Assembly: GCF_963921235.1 (NCBI RefSeq)
Contig: NC_086097.1
Span: 38,504,001 to 38,568,000, forward strand
Length of the DNA: 64,000 nt
Reading direction: 5' to 3'
Source: Mobula hypostoma
Taxonomy: Eukaryota
Positions within the stretch are counted from its first letter, which is position 1, and each line of letters begins with the position of its first letter. Made by a program: the position numbers and the translations under genes. The notes beneath the pieces were generated by a model. That model saw only the letters and a program-made list of their open reading frames with translations. It did no database searches and was not told the DNA's origin. Positions 38,035 through 48,907 of the stretch are shown here, in pieces.

Positions 38035-38677
38035 CTGCAGGAGAGAAATATTAACAGTCAAGCAACAACACAGACTGGAAGTAAGTATTTCATATTACTG
38101 TATAGGAAGTGTAATAAAATAGAAAACATTATCAGCTTGCAAGGTATGAAGTGCAAGTATTTGTGGAATTACTCTAAGAAAAAAGGCTGCAAAAGACTCG
38201 GGAAGAGATTATTTATTTTTGAAAGAGAACCTAAATTGGTTTAATTTTGTTCTGAAATCTCCATTTGTCTTGTCGAATAGATTTTCTTTAACGTTTAGAA
38301 GTATTTTAGGCATTAAAGTACAAAAAGCAAAAATATCATAATTTCAATGCCTCAGAAACATTCAGATATGAGAAATTGAGAAGATGTGAGCCAACGTGGA
38401 GTATTTTTTTTTAAATTATGTTCTGTTCAATTGTTAAAGAACCAGAATAAAACCAAAAAATACTTGGAGATGCTGAAAATCTTAAATATAGAAAATGTTG
38501 AAAATACTCATGTCAAGACCTATTTGTGGGAAGAGAAAGTTTTTTTTAAGTTTCAGAACAAAGGTCCTTTATCAGAATGGGGAAGAAGTGAAAAGCTAAT
38601 GAACTACAGGGTTGGTGGGGAAAGGGGGAATGTCTGAGGTGATAACAATGGGGCAAGCACAGAGAAGAATGCTGACC

Positions 38678-39460
38678 AAAGTACAAAGTAAATTTATTAT
38701 CTAAGTATACCATATACAACTTTGAGATTCATCTTCTGCAGGCAGCCACAAAACAAAGAAACACAATCGAATCCATGAAAAGCCCCACACAAAGATAAAC
38801 ATCCGATGTGTGAACAAAGAAGAAATTGTGCACACAATAAAAAAAGTAAACAAATACATATAACATGAACCACAAAGTCCCAGAAAGTGAGTCCACAGCC
38901 ATAAAGCCAGTTCAGCACCAAAGCGAATGATGCTGGTTCACGACTCCAATGGCTGCAGGCCACAACTGCAGAGTCAGTTCAGCACCAAGGCGAGTGAAGC
39001 TGGTCCAGGATCCCTACGGTTGCAGTGCAACTATTACCCCCGAACATGGTGGCGTCAACCCAAAACTCTCGAACCATCTGCCTGATAGTAGCAGTGAGAA
39101 TAGAGAGAGACGGGTCAAACACAGGTGAACAGAATGGGTTCAGCTGGGGAACTTGGCTGACACAGAAAATTGAGCTGAACACCAGTTCGACCCCGCCTTG
39201 ACGCTTTAATTTGGTTCAGCACTTAAACCAGTTAATCATTGGTTCGTTTCTCAGTCTCGGGTTTAGGCCCCGACGCCACATTCCAGCAATGGCCATATCT
39301 GAATTCTCAAGAGTTCAGTTCGCCAAATCCTTCAGGAGATTGTAAGCATGCCAGATTTTTCAGACAGTTCAAAAACACACTTCCCAAAGGGAGATTACAG
39401 GCTGCGAATTGCAATGATTGTGGTCCAGAAGTATATTCAGTAGAAAACACCAGATAACTT
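38678..39460 (-). mobile_element. Non-autonomous retroelement-like repeat
   Basis: Minus-strand 3' end AATAAATTTACTTTGTACTTT; GC-richer body; no credible ORF. Confidence 0.5.
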
Positions 39461-39899
39461 GCTTACAGCTTTTCCCCTAGTTCACCTTGTTTTTTTTTCA
39501 CCTTATCTGAGACTCCTGCCCCCGCCACCCCACCTACCCTGCAATTTAACAAGCTTCTCTTATCCTTCGCAGTTCCAACTAAGACCTCAGACATCAAATC
39601 TGCTCCTCCTCAAAGAGATGTAGCCAGACCTGCTTAGTACTTTCATCATTTTTTTTAAGAAAAAGATGAAAAATGGATAGACCACAGCTTCAATCAGATT
39701 TGGACATGACAATATTTTTCCCAGTCTACCCATTTGTTAGGTAACGATTTTTAAGTCAATTGAACTGTGTTTGCAATAGATGGCGAGTGAACTGACATAA
39801 AGAATAAACTTATATTATCAATATACTTCTTGTCCATGTATAACCATCAAGAGTAATAGTAGCAAAAGTGACCATTATGAAGTCTAGGTACAGATAAAG

Positions 39900-42390
39900 A
39901 CAATCTTTACAACTAAGGGCTCAATACGTTGCTTGGAGACATTACCCTTGTGGTAAGTGGGATAGATTCAAAAGTTTTGGCAGTCAAAAACCTGTTATAC
40001 AGGTATTGCATTACAATCAACAATTCCTTGGCCACTTACCTCCTTTATTTACAAATATGAAGACAAACCTTGATTCAAACCTAGGCTCCCCCAACCTGGA
40101 ATATCTGGTTCTGAACGACTGCTCTACCTATCAGGAGAGTTTTCCCAGTGTATTCCTGGCTGCAGTCTACATCTCATCTCAAGCAGATGTCAAACTATCA
40201 AACTAGCTATCAAACTTGAGAAACTAAGCACCATAATCAACAGGAATAAAATGGCATACCTGGATGCCTGTCACATCAAGGTGGGAGACTTCAATTCAGC
40301 TGGCTTGAAGAAGTCTCTGATATCAACACATCACCTGTGACACCGGAGAACACATATTCACCCAATGCCATACTACAATCAAGAACGCCTACCACTCCAT
40401 CCCTCACTGCGCTTTGGTAAATCCCACAACCTGCTTTTTTTTCCCCTTGCGAACAGACACCAAAGGCCGTGGTATTGGTGAAGATTAAGAACAACTGGAA
40501 AGGACAAGCAGAGGAACAAATTCAGAACTGTTTGGAGTAGGTAGACTGGACAATATTCTCGGATTCATCAGTGGACCTAAATGAACATGCCAGAAACATC
40601 AATTTCATAAGGACATGCATAGACAAATGCAACCCGTAAACACGTCTCCCCAAACCAAGACCTGGATGAACCAGGGAATTCGTGACAATCTGAGGGCTAG
40701 ATTTGTGGCATTTAGGGCTGGCAACTCACAGTCATGCAAGTAGTCCAGTAATGACCTCCAGTCCATTGTGAGTGCAAAAAGGACTAATCTGGAATCAAGG
40801 ATGGAGCCTTGGTAGCTTTATAGGGCACACAATATTATTTCTTACAAGGAGAGACCAGGTACTGAAAGTGGCAATAACCCATCACTCCTGGATTTCAGCA
40901 GCTTTTATGCAGATTTTCATTGAGAAACACACCTTCACAAGCCCCCACATTTCCTGGATACGGTAAATGCAATTATTCCCAAGTTGCAGGATACAGATAA
41001 CTGGGTGACCATCAGGAGAAGGAAACACAGGTAGACAGTGCAGGATACCTCTGTCACCGTTCCCCTTAAGTATATCATTTTGAAAAATATTGGGGGTGAC
41101 AACCTAGCAGAGGAAAGCCACAGCAGTCACGTATCTGGCACTGAGTCTGGTTCTATGGCTCAGAAATAATGGCCAATCTTCAGCTAACTGTATTCAACAT
41201 ATCAAAAATGGCTTAAAGCATTGGCTATCATAAAATGCTATGGTAGCAGATATTACCTGGAATCATGTAGTGCTTAAGAGGCAAACTCCAAACTAGTCCT
41301 GATTCTAGACAAACTATTCCCAAACAGTCACAAAGTCCGATAATGGGAATCAACATCCCCCAGTGCAAATTAGTCTTTGACTTCCGGACCAACAGACCAC
41401 AAACACAAAGGGTAGATAGCAACACATTCATCATGATTACTTTCAACATTGGCACCCACAAGGCTGGCTGCATCCTCAACCTCCTACACGACTCCCGGTA
41501 CAGTCATGATTTCATGGCCAGATTCTGTTCTGCAACTTTGCGGGTGACACCACTGTAGCTGATATCTCTCTAATAATGAGGGGTTGGAGTACAGGAAGGA
41601 AATAAGAGAGCCATGGTGTCATGACAACAAACATTGTCATGATATCAGCAAAATAGAAGAGTTGGTCATTGGCTTCAGTAAGGGACTGGTAGAGATGCTG
41701 AGGTCAAGAGAGTGGACAGCTTCATGTTCCTAGGAGTGAACATCACCAACAGCCTGCCCTGTCCAGCTATGTGGACACCACTTCCAACACACCTCACCAG
41801 TGCCTCCACTTCCTCAGGAGGTAAAAAAGAAAAATTAAAATGACATGTCCACTTTGACTGTGGATTTTTAATCGGTGCACCATAGAAAGCATCCTGTCTA
41901 GATGCATCACAGCTTGGCTTGGCATGACTGCAAGAAATTGCTGTGGTGTAGACACAGCTCACCATATTACCAAAACCACTCATCCCTCCCTGGACTCTAT
42001 CTACACTTCTCCCTGCCTCAGTAAAGCAGACAACATAATCAAAGACCTCACCCACCCCAGACATTTTCTTCTCTTACTCCCATCAGGTAGAAGATACAAA
42101 AAACTCAGAAAGTAATATCACCAGGCTCAAGGACAACTTCTATCCCTCTCATACGAGACGACTGAATGTTTCCCTCGAACAATACAATAGACTCTTGACC
42201 TCTCAATCTGGAATTATGACCTTGCACCTTACTGTCTAGCTGCACTTTCTCCATACAATAACACTTCATTCTGCACGCTTATTGTTTTACCCTGTACTAC
42301 CTCAATGCATTGTTGTAAGGAATTGATCTGTAAGGACAGGATACAGTTTTTCATTGCAACTCAGTACACGACAATAATAAGCCAATTTAC
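39900..42390 (+). mobile_element. Degenerate Rex1/Babar-like LINE
   Basis: APE remnants (SPNLEYL, FLAAVYIS, GDFNSA), RT remnants (DFRTNRPQ, GCILN), C-terminal VDTAHHITKTTHPSLDSIY...LLPSGRRY; ACAATAA tail; contains a short unrelated insert near 40960-41170. Confidence 0.75.
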
Positions 42391-43005
42391 CAATGCAGAA
42401 AATATGTCAGTCCATATAAAGCAGGCCGAATAGAAGCCAGCTAATCACCACCCCATTGATCTACCTTTGTCACTAACTCATTTGTGGAATATGCCCATGA
42501 GAGTAGAATCAAACAGCATTTTCTCATCAATTAGCCACTTACCAATCACAAACGAGAAAATCCGCAGATGCTGGAAATCCAAGCAACACACACACAAAAT
42601 GAGTATTCCCATTCTGCCATATCTATCCATGGCCTCCTCTACTGTCATGACGAGGCCACACTCAGGTTGGAGAAGCAACATCTTATATTCCGTCTGGGTA
42701 GCCTCCAACCTAATGGCGTGAACATTAATTTCTCAAATTTCCAGTAATGGCCACCCCCCCCTCCCCGAGCATTTCCCTATTTCCTTGCCCGCACTCCCTG
42801 GTGTTCCTCCCCCCTTTTCTTTCTTCCACGGTCTTCTGTCCCCTCCTATTAGATTCCCCCTTCTCCAGCCCTGTACCTTTTCACCAACTTCTCAGCTCTT
42901 TACTCCATCCTTCCCCCCCTCCCAGATTCACCTACCACCTTGTGTTTTGTGTTTTTTCTTCCCCTCCCCCACTTTCTAACTCAGACTCCTCATCTTTTTT
43001 TCCTC

Positions 43006-43043
43006 CAGTCCTGAGGAAGGGACTCTGCCCGAAATGTCAACTG
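43006..43043 (+). ncRNA. Minimal type I hammerhead ribozyme motif (best-preserved copy)
   Basis: CAGTC-CTGAGGA-A-GGG-ACTCTG-CCC-GAAA-TGTC-AACTG: CUGANGA and GAAA boxes, helix II, helix I with one mismatch, GUC triplet. Confidence 0.65.
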
Positions 43044-43061
43044 TACTCTTTTCCATAGATA

Positions 43062-44528
43062 CAGGTGTCCCCTGCTTTTCAAAAGACCTACATTAGTTAC
43101 CCGTTTTCGCTAACAGAAGGTGTTTTCACTGTTGTGAAAAAAGGCAGCGCGCGCCCCGAGCAGCCAAGCTCCTCCCCCGGAACTGCATTCTAGCCGGCAT
43201 TGCTTAAACACGTGCCTGTGAGCAGCCGTTAGCAAGATGAGTTCTAAGGTATCAGAAAAGCCTAAAACAGCTCGTAAGGGTGTTACACTTAGCGTAAAAA
43301 TAGACATAATTAAGCGTTTTGATTGTGGTGAATGAAGTAAGGACAAAGTGATTTTGGCTTGCGGAAGTTGACGAAGATGATGTTGAAGAGATTTTGGCAT
43401 CCCATAACCAAGAACTGATAGATGAAGAGCTGATGCAATTGGAAGAGGAAAGGATAACAATCGAAACCGAATGCAGTAGTGAACGGACCAAAAGTGAAGT
43501 CGTCCAGGAACTGAACGTGAAGCAACTGCGTGAGATTTCTGCTGCAATTATTGCAGAAAAGTACGACTTTTGAAAGGGTACGTAGGTTTAGGGCATATTT
43601 GCAGGATGGTTTGAGTGCTTACAAAGAACTGTATGATAGAGAAACACGCGAGGCTCAGCAGTCAAGCATACTGTAATTTTTCAAGCCTTCCACATCAGCC
43701 ACAGCAGACGACGAACCTCGACCTTCGACATCGAGGCAGGCAGACACAGAAGATGACTTGCCTGCCCTGATGGAAACAGACAACGATGAGATGACACCCC
43801 AGTGTCCCACCACCCCGAACCTCAGGCCGCGGACCGATACATTGCCGCGGAGAATGCAGTGGTAGCCGGGATTGCCAATTGCGTCGCCTCTGATCTGGGC
43901 CGACATTTACGTGCCGGGCTGCACCTAATTAATTAGCTTGCTTATTACGGCTTTTTTCTTAAAGATGTGCTGGGTGTGTCCCGGCTACCGCTGCATTCTT
44001 CGCAGATCAGTATCGGTCGACGGCCTGGAGGTTGGGGTCCACTGCACCACCCCAACCTCTGATAACTCAGCCTAAGACACCATCATCAGTGTGCTCGGCA
44101 ATGTCTTCTCCATTCCAGTAAGTGATACTACACTGCACCTACATTATTTCTACTTTATATAGGCTGTGTATTTTTATGTGTTATTTGGCAGCTTCATAGC
44201 TTAAAGGTTACTGGTGAGAGTGTTTCTGCCGAGAGCGCTTGCGTGAGATTTTTGCTACGGAGAACAGTGCAGCAATGATTGTAGAAAAGTATTTCTACTT
44301 TATATAGGCTGTGTATTTATCATATCATTCCTGCTTTTACTATATGTTACTGTCATTTTAGCTTTTATGTGTTATTTGGCATGATTTGGTAGGTTATTTT
44401 TTGGGTCTGCGAATGCTCACAAATTTTTCCCATATAAATAAATGGTAATTGCTTCTTCACTTTACGACATTCCGGCTTACGAACCATTTCGTAGGAATGC
44501 TCTACCTTTGGATGGCGGGGGAAACCTG
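43062..44528 (+). mobile_element. Internally deleted Tigger1-like transposon, copy B
   Basis: TA|CAGGTGTCCCC...GGGGAAACCTG|TA; MSSKVSEKPKTARKGVTLSVKIDIIKRFD joined to the C-terminal remnant; reverse-complement relative of 24518-26055. Confidence 0.88.
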
Positions 44529-45109
44529 TACTGCCTGGCCTGCTGAGTTCCTCCAGTATTTTTTGTGTGTAGTCATTTACTGATGATCAGTTTAGTACTA
44601 AAAGCATTAGTTGGCTCCAAGATCATTATTGTGCTGTTCAAAACACAGAAACAAAGAGCAAAACACGAGTGACCATCAAGCTGAAATAACATGGAGGCGA
44701 ACACTATCCAGGACTAAAGCCTATACACCACCAGAAACCCATAGGACAGCGGGCACATAGAAACACCACCTGTATTTTTTTCTGGCAAGTAGAAAATATC
44801 TTCAGTTGGAAATATATTGCCATCCCTTCAAGACCAATGGATGCAAGTAATGAAGCTCACTATCCAACAGCACTGTGGGAATAAATTCACCAAAACAAAT
44901 GTACAGTTCAGGGAATACGAAAAATAAATGTTAGCTTTGCCACCTTCTAAATTCCTGAAAATAACTAACAGAAAAATATAAAGATGAAAATGAACACATC
45001 AAGAGCAATGGAAGCCCTTAATGAGAAGTACAAATGATACTGGAACTAGAAATTTTCAAAAGATTTAAAAATATCAATACAACAAATCTACTTCATTGGA
45101 CTATGTGCT

Positions 45110-45880
45110 ATTAATTGGTCTATTATTAATTTACTATTATTGTTACATGTACCCAGGTAAGGTGAAAAACTTGTCTTTCATGCCATCCATACAGATCAAT
45201 TCATTACAGCAGTGTATTGGGGTAGTACGTGGGCAAAACAATTTAACAGTGCAGAATAAAGTGTTACAGCACAGAGGAAGTGTACACGGATAGACAGAAA
45301 GGGCAAGGTCAAGGGCCCACCTTACTGTCCTGTGGAACTATTCAATAGGCTTATAAGTGTAGGATAGCTGTCCGTGACCCTAGTGGTACGTGTTCTCAGC
45401 CTTTTGTATCTACTGCCCAATGGAAAGGGGAGAAAATATCTAAGGTGGGGGGTGTGTCTATAATTATGCTGGCTGCTTTAGTGAAAAAAGAAATGTGGAC
45501 AAAATCCATCGAAGGGAGGCTAGTCTCCACGATGTGCTGAGCTGTATCCACAACTCTCTGCTGTTTCTTGCAGTCACAAGCAGAGCAGTTGCCATACCAA
45601 GCCATGATGCATCTGGATGGGATTTCCATAGATTAAAATTAATGAGGCAAAGTTGGCATGCCAAATTTATTTAGCTTCCTGAGGAAGGAGAGGTGCTGCT
45701 AGATTTTTTTTTGGTTCATACCTCAATATGATTGGACTAGGACAGGCCATTGCTGATGTTTACTCCTAGTAACTTCTAACTCCCAACCCTCTTGCTACTA
45801 TTAATATCACTCCCTTCCTGAAGTCAATAACCAGCTCTTCTGTTTTCCTGACATTAATTCTCATGACACCATGTTACTAT
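45110..45880 (-). mobile_element. Rex1/Babar-like LINE 3' fragment
   Basis: SRCIMAWYGNCSACDCKKQQRVVDTAQHIVETSLPSMD. Confidence 0.75.
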
Positions 45881-47025
45881 AGCAAAAGCTACCAACAAAA
45901 ACAGTGAACCAAGTGATGCCACAACCAGTCTTAATGGCAAATCTTCAAGACCCTAAGGATTGCTTAGGCAGGATCCAACAGGATTCCAAAGATAGAGAAA
46001 CTGCTCCTTACATCAGAATACAGTCACTGACTATCCACTATTCACTCCATTGAGAAAGTATAGGCCCAACAGATCAACACCTTTTGAGGGAAAACTACAA
46101 CAATCTTTTTCAGACAAAGTAATTAAGGATGACTATGAATTCAAAGAAATCCAGCTGGACCAATAATTACTGAGTCAAATGGATAAGAAGCTAACATTAA
46201 AAGAAGAAATACCTGCAGATGTCATCTGTATGCATTTCCAAAAGGTATACAGGATTTCACACGCCATGTGACAAAACAGCATGTGGAGCTGAACTACTTA
46301 TTGACTTGAATAAGGAATTAGTTAGGAGATAGGAAACTAAGTATAAAGGGTACACACATATTGCTGTAATGCGAATAGCGCTATCCCCTAAGGATTTGTG
46401 GTGGCCTTACTGGATTTAGGTTGCTTGTGAATGATCTGAAAGAATGAGCTAGAGATCCCAACATCAGTCTGTTGACAACACCAAGATGGAACTAATATGT
46501 GGAATTAATGTAATATTACTCGACATTTCCCCTTTGTTCCTGCATCAATGAAGATTCCCTGAAAAATGTTTAATTAATCTATAGTATAGGTGTCCCTACT
46601 AAATTTAATCCTGGTACCTGATTTTCAGTATGTTTTAATTCACAGGCCCAGTCATCATGTTTCCCTGAACAGTGTATCATCATTCTGAAGGAATCAGTAT
46701 TTAGGAATTTACCCTTTTGCTGTGAAGTGCAAGAACAAAACCAAGAAAATTATTGGAATTTCCAAGCATTAGGCCCCTTGAGGCATTTTTGAGCAGAGAC
46801 TTAATTCAAAGAAACTAAAAATGTTAAACAGTACATTCCTAAAATATTTGCACAAAAACATTCATGTTCTTTCCCATATGTCCATGTGTTATACTTCACA
46901 AGATTGAACATTGGCCACCTAGTGGCCATTACTATATTACCAAAAATTCAAAAGAAATCTGGCATTACTGAATTAAGTTAAAATATTGCCCTGATTATTC
47001 ATAGGCCAACAACAAAGCAACTTAC

Positions 47026-47205
47026 CTCCCTTAGCTCTAATCTCTGTGCAACAGCTTCCAAGCATTCTTGACCTGTACTTTCAACAGAAAGAGTAAATTC
47101 CAAAAATCCATTATCCAACAACTGGATCCGTACAACCAAACAACTCTTACTGGAGACGGTATATCGTCGCGTCCTTTTTAATTTTATCCCAAAAGGTAAT
47201 GGCAT
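47026..47205 (-). CDS. PTPN21: PTPN21 coding exon 1 (start codon, FERM N-terminus), 180 nt
   Basis: Translates [30 protein letters not shown]...AQRLELRE, matching the vertebrate PTPN21 N-terminus; GTAAGT donor at 47025. Confidence 0.96.
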
Positions 47206-47338
47206 GACAAAGTAAGGTTACTTCAAACTCCTTGTACTTTTTCCACTTTCGGCTTTTAAATTTATTTCTACTTCACGGAGAAGTCATCCAGCAGCAATTA
47301 GAGAAAGATTTATCCACTTGTCTCTGGGAAGCATTGCT
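47206..47338 (-). other. PTPN21: 5' UTR part of the ATG-containing exon
   Basis: Polypyrimidine tract and acceptor (ccttttgctttttgttttacag) ending at 47339 on the minus strand implies an upstream non-coding exon. Confidence 0.7.
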
Positions 47339-47957
47339 CTGTAAAACAAAAAGCAAAAGGGTGCATGAACAAAAGTACAATCTCCTATTCATTCAGGGAA
47401 ATGATAAACCAAACCTCTAATGTCATAGGAGTAAAGTTAACTATCAGCATTTGTATCTGTTGACAATAAACAAGACAAGAAAAATATTATGGGGCAGAGG
47501 TATATATAGTTGCAAGAAAACATTTGAGAAACCTTTGCAATTACCTGGCTTTCTGCATTAATTACTCAAAATGTGGTCTGATCTTCATTTAAGTCATAAT
47601 AATAGACAAACATAATCTGCCTAAACTAATAACACACAATTGTACTTTTCATATCTTTATTGAGCACATTATTTAATCATAGTCCATGCTGAAAAAGTAT
47701 GTGAATCTTTGTATTTAAGAACTGGTAGAACCTCCTTTAGCAAAATAACCTCCATCAAATGTTTCCTATAGCTGCTGAACAGACTTGCACAATGGCAAGA
47801 GGAATTTTTGGCCATTCCTCCATACAGAACTATTTCAGTTCATCAGTATTTCTGGAGTACCTTGCATGAACAGCCTCCTTCAGGTCATACCACAGCATCT
47901 CAATTGGGTTAAGGTCTGGACTCTGTCCTGGCCATTCCAAAACATTTTTTTAAAACC

Positions 47958-48809
47958 TGTCATGTGTGAAGCTAAGCAGAGCTGCAGAACGGATGATGCT
48001 AATGAGAGAAATAACGAGAGACAACTGAGAACTATTCAAAATGCCAATAAGAGAGAAGAGAGAAAGATTAACAAGAGAGAGACACATAATTCAGTATGTG
48101 GCCTCTGCCACAGACAGTTTGCTTTGAACCTGAACTGTACACAAACAAATCCTGCTGAGACAATAGGAAGTGTGAAGTTTGATGGACAGGTGATACCCCA
48201 TCAGGGGGATAAAAATAGCGGGTTTGCTAAGGCACGGGACACACGCCACGAGACCCTGGAAAGAGCATTGTGCCCCCACAAGTTGGTGGAAGTTTGGAGG
48301 ACCGATTCGCAGGAATCGGTCAGAGACTCACAGGGTGTAAAGGTACGATCGATGGGAACCTGGTGTGTGTCCGCCCTTGCCTGGGTGCCGGGTTCACCAC
48401 TGAAGAACGATCGAATCCGGAACAGAGGGGTCACAGTCGGTGACCACAGTGGGATCAGAAGGCATCGAAAGGTTTGCCTGAAAACAACTGCATCTCTCAC
48501 ACTCTCTCTCTCTCCCCCCAATGGTACAACAACAGCGATTACTTCGAACTAGACTGAACTGAACTCAGCTTCACCTTAAGACTGACCATCTTACCCCTAG
48601 ACTGCAACAGAGCTTGGTTGATTCCTATTACCCTATTTCTGTGTATACGTGTATACTATCATTGCTAACCTGTTACATTTATATCCTTGCGGTTAGTGTA
48701 CTGTATTACTTATTTCTTTAATAAAACTTTATTAGTTCTTAGTAATCACAGACTCCAACGAGTGTTCCATTTCTGCTGGTTTGACAACCCAGTTATGGGG
48801 TACGTAACA
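47958..48809 (+). repeat. 5' LTR (852 bp)
   Basis: TGTCATG...GTAACA, direct repeat of 53773-54612; TATA-like GATAAAAA near 48208, AATAAA near 48720. Confidence 0.95.
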
Positions 48810-48813
48810 TAAG

Positions 48814-48833
48814 TGGGGATCTCGTCCGGGATT
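48814..48833 (+). promoter_or_regulatory. Primer binding site, tRNA-Pro type
   Basis: TGGGGATCTCGTCCGGGATT, close to the complement of the tRNA-Pro 3' end (TGGGGGCTCGTCCGGGATT), 4 nt after the LTR. Confidence 0.85.
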
Positions 48834-48907
48834 CTGAACGCCAAAATTGGGACTGGTTAAATTGATTGGGTTAAATTCCCGAATAAAAAAAAGGGCAAAC
48901 AGCTGAA

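Larger units (their letters stand above)
42546..44570 (+). mobile_element. Short Penelope-like element (GIY-YIG tail plus terminal repeat, inverted repeat stub at the 5' side), interrupted by Tigger-like copy B
   Basis: RLEKQHLIFRLGSLQPNGVN at about 42665-42725; hammerhead motif 43006-43043; repeat resumes at 44531; 42546-42600 is an inverted terminal stub. Confidence 0.82.

Noticed and set aside
1777..47205. Calling the gene PTPN14
   Set aside because: The [23 protein letters not shown] start and PTP-domain exons fit PTPN21 as I recall it better than its paralogue; a tree or synteny check would confirm.
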